The notes under the pieces: generated by a model
What the model was told of the DNA's origin: nothing
The model's input: only the letters and a program-made list of their open reading frames with translations
Databases searched by the model: none
In this document: positions 43,638 through 52,565 of the stretch, in pieces
How positions within the stretch are numbered: position 1 is the first letter of the stretch
Layout: each line of letters starts with the position of its first letter
Translations under genes and position numbers: made by a program
Assembly: GCA_025936995.1 (NCBI GenBank)
Contig: JAICSH010000006.1
Span: 6,575 to 70,574, forward strand
Source of the DNA: Thermoleophilia bacterium
Lineage (GTDB): Bacteria > Actinomycetota > Thermoleophilia > Gaiellales > Gaiellaceae
DNA: 64,000 nucleotides
Reading direction: 5' to 3'

Positions 43638-44702
43638 TCAGCCAGTGGTCGTCGGCGCCGTCGTCGTCGGGGTCGTCACCGACGGCGTCGAGGTCGTCGC
43701 CGGCTTGTAGCCCGTCTGGTACGAGACCTTGCCCTTGTAGTCCTTCTGCACCTTGGCGAGCCAGTTCGACCACGCGACCTGCTTCTGCTGCTGGGCGAGG
43801 TTCGACTGGATCTGCGTCTCGACCTCCGCGAAGGTCTGCGTGTGCGCGGGCTTGATCGGGCCGAGCGCCTGGATGACGTGCCAGCCGTAGACGCTGTGCA
43901 CCAGCGAAATCTCGTTCGTCTTCATGGAGAAGGACGCCTTGTCGAACGGCGGCACCGTCTGCTGGCACGCACCGCTGGAGCCGCCGTGCGCCACGCAGAG
44001 CTTGCCGCCCTGCTGCGCGGAGCCCGTGTCCTTCGAGTACTTCTTCGCCAGAGTCGCGAAGCTGGCGCCGCCCTTGAGCTGCGTCTCGATCTTCTGGGCA
44101 AGGCTCTTGCTGTTGACGAGGATGTGCCGCACCTCGCGCGTCTTCGGCGTCGTGAAGGACGCCTTGTTCTCGTTGTAGTACTTCTGCGCGGCGGACTTCG
44201 ACACCTTGACGCTCGACGTCACCTTCTTCTGGAGCTGCTCGCTGAGCAGCGTCGGCGCGAGGTTGTACTTCTCGAGCTGGTCGAGCGTGATGTCGTCCTT
44301 CTTCAGGGCCGCCTCGAGCTTCGACTCGCTGCCCTTGTAGTACGACTTCCGGATCAGCGCGAGCCGGGCGTCGATGTCCTTCTGGCTCACCGTCACGCCG
44401 AGCTTCTGGCCCTCCTGCGTCAGCTCCTCCTCCTGCACGAGGAAGGTGACGGCCTGGTCCCGGAGCTGCGAGTACGCGGGCGTGCCGACCTTGGGCGGCT
44501 TCTGGCCCTGGCTCTTGAAGCGCGCGAAGGCAACGGTCATGAGCGCGTTGAAGTTCGCCTTCGTGATCGAGGTCGAGTCGACCTTGGCGATCGAGTCGGA
44601 AGGGACGGAACCCGAGCCTCCGCCTCCGCCGCAGCCTGCGGCGAGGAAGGCGACGAGCACGACGGTCAGGGCGAGGAAGGGCGCGCGAGTCTTCATTTCC
44701 AT
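43638..44702 (-). CDS. Lipoprotein peptidyl-prolyl isomerase (parvulin, PrsA/SurA-like)
   Basis: Lipobox LAAGC and a parvulin core (VRHILV...GWHVIQ). The protein is Lys/Ser/Thr-rich and has a Thr/Pro tail. Confidence 0.85.
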   Translation of the reverse strand: MEMKTRAPFLALTVVLVAFLAAGCGGGGGSGSVPSDSIAKVDSTSITKANFNALMTVAFARFKSQGQKPPKVGTPAYSQLRDQAVTFLVQEEELTQEGQKLGVTVSQKDIDARLALIRKSYYKGSESKLEAALKKDDITLDQLEKYNLAPTLLSEQLQKKVTSSVKVSKSAAQKYYNENKASFTTPKTREVRHILVNSKSLAQKIETQLKGGASFATLAKKYSKDTGSAQQGGKLCVAHGGSSGACQQTVPPFDKASFSMKTNEISLVHSVYGWHVIQALGPIKPAHTQTFAEVETQIQSNLAQQQKQVAWSNWLAKVQKDYKGKVSYQTGYKPATTSTPSVTTPTTTAPTTTG

Positions 44703-44752
44703 CCAGTGAGGTCGATGTCGCGGGAAACGCCGAGGAGATGGGAAAAGCGGTC

Positions 44753-47700
44753 TCAGGCCGCCCGGCGCGCGTCCAAGATAGCATCGACCAGCTCGACCGC
44801 CTGCGCGATTTCCTCCTGGCCGCGCATGCTTACTTCCTGCTTAGAAGAGACGTAGACGGCCGTTTTCGCGCGGTCGCGGAGCTCTCGCAGCTCCCCCGAG
44901 CCGAGGACGAGCCGGCCGACCGTGGCGCGGCCTCCCAGGAAGACGAGGTAGTCCGCGCCGAGCAGGGCGACCTTGATCTTCGCCTCCTGGATGCGGAAGA
45001 GGTTGACGACGGGGTCGGGCAGCGGCCCGTAGCGGTCCTCGAGCATCGCCTGCAGCTCCCGCAGCTCGTCCTCCGTCTCCGCCAGCGCGAGCCGGCGGTG
45101 GACGTCGATCCGCAGCGCCTCGGAGTCGACGTACGCGGCGGGGACGTACGCGTCGACCCGCGCGTCCACCCGTACCGGCCGGACCGCGATGCGCTTCTGG
45201 CCCTGCAGCTCCGCGACCGCCTCGTTCAGGAGCTCGACGTAGAGCTCGAACCCGACGGCTGCGACATGGCCGGACTGCTCGGCGCCGAGCAGCTCTCCCG
45301 CTCCGCGGATCTCGAGGTCGCGCATCGCGATCGCGAAGCCGGCACCGAGCTCCGTGTGGTCGGCGAGCGTCGAGAGACGGGCCCGCGCCTCGGGGGTCAG
45401 CTCGCGCGCGTCGGGATAGAAGAGGTACGCGAACGAGGTGGCGTCGGAGCGGCCGACCCGGCCGCGGATCTGGTAGAGCTGGGCGAGGCCGAGCATGTCG
45501 GCACGCTCGACGATGAGCGTGTTCGCCTGCGGGATGTCGATCCCCGACTCGATGATCGTCGTCGAGACGAGGACGTCGGCGTCGCCGCGCAGGAAGGCGT
45601 GCATCCGCTCCTCGAGCTCCTTCTCGCGCATCTGCCCGTGCGCGACGAGGAAGCGCAGCCCCGGGCACAGCTGCTGCAGCTGCTCCGCCCGCTCCTCGAT
45701 CGTCTCGACTCTGTTGTGCAGGAAGAACGCCTGACCCTCCCTCTCGGCCTCGCGCTCGAGCGCGAGCTTCACGAGCTCCTCGTCGTACTCGCCGACGGTG
45801 GTGCGGATCGGCCGGCGCCCCTCCGGCGGCGTCTCGATGATCGAGATGTCTCGCATGCCCGCCAGCGAGAGGTGCAGCGTGCGCGGGATCGGCGTCGCGC
45901 TCAGCGTGAGCACGTCGACCTCGAGCCGCAGCGACTTGAGCAGCTCCTTTTGCGCGACGCCGAAGCGCTGCTCCTCGTCGAGGATCACGAGCCCGAGCTC
46001 CTTCGGGATCACGTCGCGGCTGAGGACGCGGTGCGTGCCGATGAGCACGTCGACCTTGCCGGCGCTGAAGTCGGCGAGGATCCGCTTCGTCTCCTTCGGC
46101 GCGACGAAGCGGGAGACCATCTCGACCTGCACGGGGAAGTCGCGGAACCGGTCGCGGAAGGTGTTGTAGTGCTGCTCGGCGAGGATGGTCGTAGGCGCGA
46201 GAAGCAGCACCTGCCGGCCGTTCACGGCGACGGCGAACGCGGCTCGCACCGCGACCTCGGTCTTGCCGAAGCCGACGTCGCCGCAGACCAGCCGGTCCAT
46301 CGGACGCGGCGTCTCGAGGTCCTCCTTCACCGCCTCGATCGCCGCCTCCTGGTCGGGCGTCTCCCGGTACGGGAAGCTCGCCTCGAGCCGCGGCAGCCAC
46401 TCGTGCGAGAGGTCGAACGCGACTCCCTCGCGCGTCTGCCGCTGCGCGTAGAGCTGGATCAGGTCGCCCGCGAGCTCGCGGACGGACTCGCGCGCGCGGG
46501 ACTTGAGCGTCTGCCACGCCTTGCCGCCGAGCTTGGAGAGCGCGGGCGCCGACGCGTCGGCGCCGACGTAGCGTGAGACCTTGCCGAGCTGCTCGTGCGG
46601 GACGTAGAGCCGGTCCTCCCCGCGGAACGCGAGTTGGAGGTAGTCGCGCGTGACGCCGGCGACCGTCTTCGTCTCGAAGCCGAGGAGCCGCCCGACGCCG
46701 TGATCCTCGTGGACGACGTAATCGCCGGTGCGGAGGTCGGCGAACGACTGCAGCGCCCGGCCGCCCAGGCGGCGCTCGCGGGGCGCGCGGCGGCGGAAGA
46801 CCTGGTGATCGGGGAGGAGGACGAGGCCGAGGTCGCGCCAGACGAAGCCGCGGCGCGCGGGCGCGACCGCGAACAGGAGCTCGGCCTCCTCCGGCAGCTC
46901 CTCGCCCGGCTCGAGCAGCCGCGCCGCGACCCGGCGGAGGAGGTTCTGCGTGCGCAGCGCTTCGCCGCGATGCGGGAAGGCGACCACGACGCGCTGGCCG
47001 GAGCGGATGAGCGCTGCGAGCTCGTTCTCGGCCTCGGCGAGACCGCGCGCGGCGATCGCGGGCCGCTGCGCCTCGAACGCGAGCGGCTGAGCCTGCGGGA
47101 ACGGGTCGAGCTCCGTCGAGCCGGCGAGCGAAGGCGGGTCGCCGACGCCGTCCTCCTCCCACACGCGCCGAACGTCGTCCGGCTGGAAGACGAGGTCGGG
47201 CGGCCGTTCGAGCGCCGGCACGAGATCGTCGGGAACCGCCGGGGCCGCGGGCTCCTCCCCCTCCTCCGCAAGTAACACGTTGTCACTAAGTTCGACAGTG
47301 TCCAATCGGCGCTCGGCCGCCGGGTACAGGGTCGCTTCGGACACCGGATGGAGCGCCCGCTGCGTGAACGGCGAGAAGGCGCGCACCGACTCGATCTCGT
47401 CGCCGAAGAACTCGATCCGCAGCGGCTCGCGGCCCGTCGTCGGGAAGGCGTCGACGATGCCGCCGCGCACGGCGAACTGGCCGCGGTCGTCCACCCGCTC
47501 CACGCGCTCGTAGCCGGCGAGGGCGAGCCTCTCGCTCAGCTCCTCGACGCCGACCTCCAACCCGGTCCCCAGCTCGATCGGCTCCGGCCGCTGCCCGGCC
47601 GGCGGCAGCCCCTCCGCCAGCGCCCGCGCGGAGGCACAGACGAGCCCGCCGCGCTCGAGCACGTGCAGCGCGCGCGCCCGCTCGCCGACGAGGTGCGGCG

Positions 47701-47983
47701 GCGGCGCGAGCCCCGAGTCCCACGTCACGCCGCGACTCGGCAGCAGGCCGACCTCGTCGTCACCGAGGAACCAGGCCGCGCCCTCGGCGGCGTCGCGCGC
47801 ATCCGCGTCCTCCGGGAGAAGGACGACCAACCCGCGCTCGAGACGCTCGTGCAGCGAGGCCAGGAGCAGCGGAAGCGCCGGCTCCGAGACGCGGGCGCGA
47901 GTCGGCAGGCCATCCGCGAGCTCGACGAGACGCTCGTGCTCGACGAGCTCGGTGACGAAAGCGTGAAGTACCGGACGGTCCAT
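44753..47983 (-). CDS. mfd: Transcription-repair coupling factor Mfd
   Basis: The DEAD/DEAH-box helicase motifs are GDVGFGKTEV and DEEQRFG, with TRG and CarD-like regions. The start is set at ATG 47983. Confidence 0.95.
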   Translation of the reverse strand: MDRPVLHAFVTELVEHERLVELADGLPTRARVSEPALPLLLASLHERLERGLVVLLPEDADARDAAEGAAWFLGDDEVGLLPSRGVTWDSGLAPPPHLVGERARALHVLERGGLVCASARALAEGLPPAGQRPEPIELGTGLEVGVEELSERLALAGYERVERVDDRGQFAVRGGIVDAFPTTGREPLRIEFFGDEIESVRAFSPFTQRALHPVSEATLYPAAERRLDTVELSDNVLLAEEGEEPAAPAVPDDLVPALERPPDLVFQPDDVRRVWEEDGVGDPPSLAGSTELDPFPQAQPLAFEAQRPAIAARGLAEAENELAALIRSGQRVVVAFPHRGEALRTQNLLRRVAARLLEPGEELPEEAELLFAVAPARRGFVWRDLGLVLLPDHQVFRRRAPRERRLGGRALQSFADLRTGDYVVHEDHGVGRLLGFETKTVAGVTRDYLQLAFRGEDRLYVPHEQLGKVSRYVGADASAPALSKLGGKAWQTLKSRARESVRELAGDLIQLYAQRQTREGVAFDLSHEWLPRLEASFPYRETPDQEAAIEAVKEDLETPRPMDRLVCGDVGFGKTEVAVRAAFAVAVNGRQVLLLAPTTILAEQHYNTFRDRFRDFPVQVEMVSRFVAPKETKRILADFSAGKVDVLIGTHRVLSRDVIPKELGLVILDEEQRFGVAQKELLKSLRLEVDVLTLSATPIPRTLHLSLAGMRDISIIETPPEGRRPIRTTVGEYDEELVKLALEREAEREGQAFFLHNRVETIEERAEQLQQLCPGLRFLVAHGQMREKELEERMHAFLRGDADVLVSTTIIESGIDIPQANTLIVERADMLGLAQLYQIRGRVGRSDATSFAYLFYPDARELTPEARARLSTLADHTELGAGFAIAMRDLEIRGAGELLGAEQSGHVAAVGFELYVELLNEAVAELQGQKRIAVRPVRVDARVDAYVPAAYVDSEALRIDVHRRLALAETEDELRELQAMLEDRYGPLPDPVVNLFRIQEAKIKVALLGADYLVFLGGRATVGRLVLGSGELRELRDRAKTAVYVSSKQEVSMRGQEEIAQAVELVDAILDARRAA

Positions 47984-47991
47984 GACGAAGG

Positions 47992-48011
47992 GCGGAACCG
48001 ACCGGTTCCGC
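47992..48011. promoter_or_regulatory. 20-bp palindrome in the mfd / MFS divergent region
   Basis: GCGGAACCG-AC-CGGTTCCGC has perfect 9-nt arms. It shares the GGAACC..GGTTCC core with the REP-like palindromes. Confidence 0.4.
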
Positions 48012-48043
48012 GGAGTCCGATGGTAACGCGGCGCTGCGGGGCG

Positions 48044-48049
48044 TACGCT
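48044..48049 (+). promoter_or_regulatory. -10-like hexamer TACGCT, 7 nt upstream of GTG 48057 (putative leaderless promoter)
   Basis: Same hexamer and spacing as at 10754. Confidence 0.35.
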
Positions 48050-48056
48050 CCGGGTC

Positions 48057-49298
48057 GTGCGCGGGGTCGGTCGCTTCGGACCGCTGCAAGAGCGTCCGTT
48101 CAGGCTGCTCTGGCTCGCGCGTACCGGATCGTCCGTCGGCGACTCGCTGATCCCCGTGGCGCTCGTGTTCGCGGTGATCGGGATCCACGGCCACGCACTC
48201 GACCTCGGCATCGTCCTCGCCTGCCGCACGATCGCGCTCGGAACGTCCACGATCGCGGGCGGCGTCTGGGCGGATCGCCTTCCGCGCCGGGCGGTGATGG
48301 TCTCCGCCGACCTCTTGCGCTTCGCCACCGAGGCCGCGACCGCGGCCCTGCTGCTGGAAGGCGCCGCCCATGTCTGGCAACTCGCGGTACTCCAATCGGC
48401 CGCCGGAGTGGGCGCCGGCTTCTTCTCCCCTGCCTCGACGGCGCTGCTGCCGCAGGCGGTCAGCGCCGGGAACCTGCAGAAGGCGAACTCGTTGCTCTCG
48501 ATGTCCGAGAGCGGGACGCGCATCTTCGGGCCCGTGATCTCGGGCGTGATCGTCGCCGCCGCCGGACCGGGATGGTGCTTTGCCGTCGACGCGGCGAGCT
48601 TCCTCGTCAGCGCCGGGTTCGTGACGGCAACCCGCGTCCCCGAACACGTGGCCGCCGTCCGGCAGCGCTTCTGGCGCGACGTCGCCGACGGCTGGGTCGA
48701 GGTGCGGCGGCACCGCTGGCTGACCGCCGGGTTCCTGGGCTTCGCGCTCGGGAACGTCGGGATCGGGATCTACCTCGTGCTCGGCCCGTACGTGGCGAAC
48801 CAGCACCTCGACGGCAAGGTCGGGTGGGGTCTGATCCTCGGTTCGATCCCCGTGGGCGGGCTGCTCGGCGCGTTCGTCGCCTACCGGATCAAGCCGGAGC
48901 ACCCGGTGGCGACGTCGTTCGCGATCTGGTCACTCTGCGGAGTGCTCCCGTTTGCGCTGGTCGTGCCCTTCCCCCTGCCGGTGGTGATGGTCGCAGCCGC
49001 GATTCTCGGCGCCTGCATACTCATCGGCAACGCACTCTGGGAGACGGCGATGCAGCAGGAGGTTCGCCCGGATCGCCTCGCCCGCGTCGCCTCGATCGAC
49101 GCGCTCCTCTCGATCGGCCTGATGCCCATCGGCCAGGTGCTCGCCGGCGCCGTCGCGGCAGGCGTCGGCCGGCCTGCGACGCTCCTGCTGGCCGGGACGC
49201 TGATGTGCGTGCCGAACCTGCTCGTCGTGGCATTCGTCCCCGACGTGCGAACAGTGCTGCGCCGCGACGACCCCGAGCCGGCGCTGTCACCCCTCTAG
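48057..49298 (+). CDS. MFS transporter (MFS_3 type, paralogue of 37075..38319)
   Basis: FRLLWLARTGSSVGDS and WADRLPRR motifs with about 12 TM segments. Confidence 0.85.
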   Translation: MRGVGRFGPLQERPFRLLWLARTGSSVGDSLIPVALVFAVIGIHGHALDLGIVLACRTIALGTSTIAGGVWADRLPRRAVMVSADLLRFATEAATAALLLEGAAHVWQLAVLQSAAGVGAGFFSPASTALLPQAVSAGNLQKANSLLSMSESGTRIFGPVISGVIVAAAGPGWCFAVDAASFLVSAGFVTATRVPEHVAAVRQRFWRDVADGWVEVRRHRWLTAGFLGFALGNVGIGIYLVLGPYVANQHLDGKVGWGLILGSIPVGGLLGAFVAYRIKPEHPVATSFAIWSLCGVLPFALVVPFPLPVVMVAAAILGACILIGNALWETAMQQEVRPDRLARVASIDALLSIGLMPIGQVLAGAVAAGVGRPATLLLAGTLMCVPNLLVVAFVPDVRTVLRRDDPEPALSPL

Positions 49299-51446
49299 CG
49301 CCGGAGCCCCTTCCCGCCGCCGCTCATCGCGGATGAACAAGGCCCGGCGCGTCCAGTGCGGGAGCCACCAGTTCGCGTTCCCGAGCAGTCGCATCAGCGC
49401 AGGCACGAGCAGCGCGCGGATCACGGTCGCGTCGAAGATGATCCCCGCGGCGAGGCCGATCGCGAACTCCTTGATCTCGAAGCCGGGGCTCGAGGAGAGG
49501 ACGAGGAACGCGAACATCAGGATGAGCGCCGCGCTCGTGACGAGCTTCCCGGTCCGCGCGAGGCCGAGCTCGATCGCGCCGTCGGTCGACCCGGTCTCGT
49601 CGTACGCCTCGCGCATCCGCGTGAGCATGAAGACCTCGTAGTCCATCGAGAGCCCGAACAGGAAGGCGAAGATCATCAGCGGGATCCAGGCTGTGATCGC
49701 CTGGGTCGCGGTGATGTTCCAGAGCGACGAGCCGTGGCCCTCCTGGAAGATGAACACGACGATCCCGAACGCCGCGCCGAGCGAGACGAGGTTGAGGATC
49801 GCGGCCTTGATCGGCAGCACGATCGACCGGAAGGCCCGCGTCAGGAGCACGAGCGTCAGCACGAGCACGAACGCGAGCACGTACGGGAAGTTGTCGTAGA
49901 CGGCGTGAACGAAGTCGCGGTCGGCCGCCGCCACTCCGCCGAGCGTCCCGTCCGTCCCGCGCAGCGCCCCGTCGACCTTGTCGATTGTCCCCTGGATGCC
50001 GGGCGCCGCGCCGTCGATCGCGGGAAACGCCTCGACGAGCGTGTCGGGGCCGCGATGCCAGGCGGAGCCGGGCGGCACCGTTGCGCCGGCGATGCCGGGA
50101 ACGCTGCGCTCCTTCGCGGCGACGGCCTGCGCGTCGCCGCCGCGCTCCACAAGGGTCACGAACGGCTTCATCACGCCGGGCGAGATGCCGGCCTCGGCGA
50201 GCATCGTCCGGCCCGCGACGGCGGTGCCGGTGCCCGGGAAGTTCTTCAGCTGCGACTCGTTCGGGTTCAGCTGCACGCCGAGCACGACGAGGACGGCCAC
50301 GATCGCAGCGCCGATCGTCGCGATCGTCCACGGCCGGCGCAGGACGAAGCGCGCCCAGCGTCCCCACGCGCCGTCCTCCGGGTGGCCGTGGTCGACGAAC
50401 CGCCGGGGCAGCAACCGCACGCTGTTGATCCGCTCGCCGAGCACCGCGAGCATCGCGGGCATCAGGGTGATCGCCGCGAGCACCGAGACAGCCGGAATCA
50501 GCATCCCGCCGATCCCGATCGACCGGATGAACGGCAGCGGGAGGATGACCATGGACAGCAATCCGACGGCGACGGTCGACCCCGACACGATCACCGACCG
50601 GCCGGCGTGGGTCATCGTCTCCACGAGGGCCGTCTCGACGTCGCTCCCCTCACGGAGCTCGTCGCGGAAGCGGAAGATCATCAGCAGCGCGTAGTCGATC
50701 GCCACGCCGAGGCCGACGAGCGCGATCAGGAACTCGACGATGATCGAGACGTTCGTGATGTACGTGAGCGCCCAGACGAGCGTGAACGTGTTCAGGATCG
50801 CGGCCACGGCGACCGCGACCGGCATGAGGATCGCGGGCAGCGTCCCGAAGACGAAGAGGAGGATCACGATCGCGCCGAGACCGCCGATCACGGCCTCGAC
50901 GAGGATGCTCCCGCCTCCGCCGCCCTCGGAGCTCGCTTCCTCGAGCGGGTCGTGGCCGGTCACCTGCACCTGGATCGCCGCCGGCAGCCCGGTTGCGGCC
51001 TCCCTGCGCATCTCGTTCGCGCCGCTCGTGGTGGAGAAGGTCGCAGGCCCGTCCGGATAGACCTCCATGAACGTCGTGTGCCGGTCCTTCGAGACGTACA
51101 TCAGGTCGCGCGTCGAGAAGTACGAGCTCGTCCGGGCAGCCGGGTTGTCGGCCGAGACTCGGAGCATCGCTGCCCGGATCGCGTTGCTCTTCGTCGCGTC
51201 GCCGGCCGTGCGGAAGACGACGACGTTGGGGGGCCGGACGCCGGTGCCGAACGTCTTCAGGGTCCGCTGGTTCGCCTCGTATGCCGACTTGCCCGGGATC
51301 GAGAAGCTCTGGTACCAGCGCTTCGAGACCTGCCCCGCGGCGAAGCCCCCGAACAGGGTGAGGACGATCCAGGCGCCGATGACCTTCCAGCGATTCCGCG
51401 CGATGAGGTGAGCGAGTCTCCCGAGAATCGAGCCGGCCTGTGTCAT
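49287..51446 (-). CDS. MMPL-family (RND superfamily) transporter
   Basis: Two six-TM bundles with large extracytoplasmic loops, 719 aa. The family is typical (IDYALLMIFRFRDEL). The 3' end overlaps the MFS gene by 12 nt. Confidence 0.9.
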   Translation of the reverse strand: MTQAGSILGRLAHLIARNRWKVIGAWIVLTLFGGFAAGQVSKRWYQSFSIPGKSAYEANQRTLKTFGTGVRPPNVVVFRTAGDATKSNAIRAAMLRVSADNPAARTSSYFSTRDLMYVSKDRHTTFMEVYPDGPATFSTTSGANEMRREAATGLPAAIQVQVTGHDPLEEASSEGGGGGSILVEAVIGGLGAIVILLFVFGTLPAILMPVAVAVAAILNTFTLVWALTYITNVSIIVEFLIALVGLGVAIDYALLMIFRFRDELREGSDVETALVETMTHAGRSVIVSGSTVAVGLLSMVILPLPFIRSIGIGGMLIPAVSVLAAITLMPAMLAVLGERINSVRLLPRRFVDHGHPEDGAWGRWARFVLRRPWTIATIGAAIVAVLVVLGVQLNPNESQLKNFPGTGTAVAGRTMLAEAGISPGVMKPFVTLVERGGDAQAVAAKERSVPGIAGATVPPGSAWHRGPDTLVEAFPAIDGAAPGIQGTIDKVDGALRGTDGTLGGVAAADRDFVHAVYDNFPYVLAFVLVLTLVLLTRAFRSIVLPIKAAILNLVSLGAAFGIVVFIFQEGHGSSLWNITATQAITAWIPLMIFAFLFGLSMDYEVFMLTRMREAYDETGSTDGAIELGLARTGKLVTSAALILMFAFLVLSSSPGFEIKEFAIGLAAGIIFDATVIRALLVPALMRLLGNANWWLPHWTRRALFIRDERRREGAPALEG

Positions 51447-51472
51447 GCCATCCCTTCGTTCGTCTTCCGATT

Positions 51473-51497
51473 AATCATTCTGTGACTGAACGATTCA
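51473..51497. promoter_or_regulatory. Inverted repeats in the MMPL / MarR divergent region (likely MarR operator)
   Basis: AATCATTC-N7-GAACGATT (one mismatch), overlapping the palindrome TGAA-CGA-TTCA. Confidence 0.4.
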
Positions 51498-51504
51498 GTA
51501 GCTG

Positions 51505-51510
51505 TAGCAT
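51505..51510 (+). promoter_or_regulatory. -10 hexamer TAGCAT, 6 nt upstream of GTG 51517 (putative leaderless promoter)
   Basis: TANNNT geometry with no SD. Confidence 0.4.
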
Positions 51511-51516
51511 ACGGGT

Positions 51517-52008
51517 GTGAGCACGCGCAACTCTCGAGCCTCCGATCCGGAAACGCCGCCCTTCCAAAGCGTTGCCTTCATGCTCTCGAGCCTCGGCTAC
51601 GCGGTCTCGAGGGGTTTTCACGAGACGCTCGAGCCGCTCGGGCTCGAACCCGGAGAGTTCGCTCTCCTCCGCGCGGTGGCGGCCAGCGACGGAGAGCCCC
51701 AGAACGCGCTGGCCGAGCGCCTGCGCATCTCCCCGAGCTGGATGGTCGCGATCGTCGACGAGCTCGAGCGGCGCGAGCTCCTCGCGCGAAAGCCTCACGC
51801 GCGCGACCGCCGTGTCCGCAACCTCCACCTGACCGACGCCGGACGGAAGCTGCTCAGGCAGGCGCAGCGGAAGGCACAGCAGTTCGACCGGCAGGTCACG
51901 GGCCCGCTGAGCGAGCCGGAGCGCCGCGAGCTGTTCGAGTTGCTCGGGCGAGTCGCCGCAGGGCTCCATCTGGAGCCGGGCGCCGCCCACGCCGCGCTCC
52001 GCCGCTAG
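51517..52008 (+). CDS. MarR-family transcriptional regulator
   Basis: Winged-helix core QNALAERLRISPSWMVAIVDELERRELLARKPHARDRR. It is divergent from the MMPL gene. Confidence 0.85.
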   Translation: MSTRNSRASDPETPPFQSVAFMLSSLGYAVSRGFHETLEPLGLEPGEFALLRAVAASDGEPQNALAERLRISPSWMVAIVDELERRELLARKPHARDRRVRNLHLTDAGRKLLRQAQRKAQQFDRQVTGPLSEPERRELFELLGRVAAGLHLEPGAAHAALRR

Positions 52009-52565
52009 CGCCGGTTGACCTGGAGCTGGGCGCGCTCGACGCCTTCCGAGACGAGCGTCTCGACCGCGTCCGCCGCACGCGCGACAAGGGCGTCCTTGTC
52101 CTCGTGCGGCTGGAAGTCGCCGAGGACCCAGTCGGCGAGCGGACGCGGGTCGCCGCGCTCGGGGCGCCCCACTCCGATGCGCAGCCGGAGGAACTCCTGC
52201 GTGCCGATCGCCTGCGCGATCGAGCGGAGCCCGTTGTGGCCGGCCAGCCCGCCGCCGACCTTGAGCTCGAGACGGCCGAGGTCGAAGTCCCCCTCGTCGT
52301 GCACGACGAGCACCTCGCTCGGCTCGAGCTTGAAGAACGCCGCGGCAGGACCGACGGAGCGCCCGGAGTCGTTCATGTACGTCTCCGGCTTCAGGAGCGC
52401 GAGCCGTTCGTCGCCCACGCGCACCTCGGCCATCTGCCCGGCGAACTTCCCACGCCAGGATCCGTCGTGCCGCCGAGCGAGCTCGTCCACGACCATCCAG
52501 CCCGCGTTGTGACGGTTCCGGGCGTGCTCGCGGCCCGGATTCCCCAGACCGACGACGAGGAGCAC
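52005..52565 (-). CDS. pth: Peptidyl-tRNA hydrolase
   Basis: LVVGLGNPG..Y..TRHN-type N-terminus (GLGNPGREHARNRHNAGW) and the GHNGLRS motif. Confidence 0.95.
   Translation of the reverse strand: MLLVVGLGNPGREHARNRHNAGWMVVDELARRHDGSWRGKFAGQMAEVRVGDERLALLKPETYMNDSGRSVGPAAAFFKLEPSEVLVVHDEGDFDLGRLELKVGGGLAGHNGLRSIAQAIGTQEFLRLRIGVGRPERGDPRPLADWVLGDFQPHEDKDALVARAADAVETLVSEGVERAQLQVNRR

Noticed and set aside
43638-44702. The visibly Lys-rich, somewhat less GC-rich PPIase lipoprotein gene as a horizontally acquired gene.
   Set aside because: The composition shift is explained by the amino-acid content of an extracytoplasmic chaperone (many Lys, Ser, Thr and Gln). There are no flanking mobility signatures, and the gene sits inside a conserved housekeeping block.
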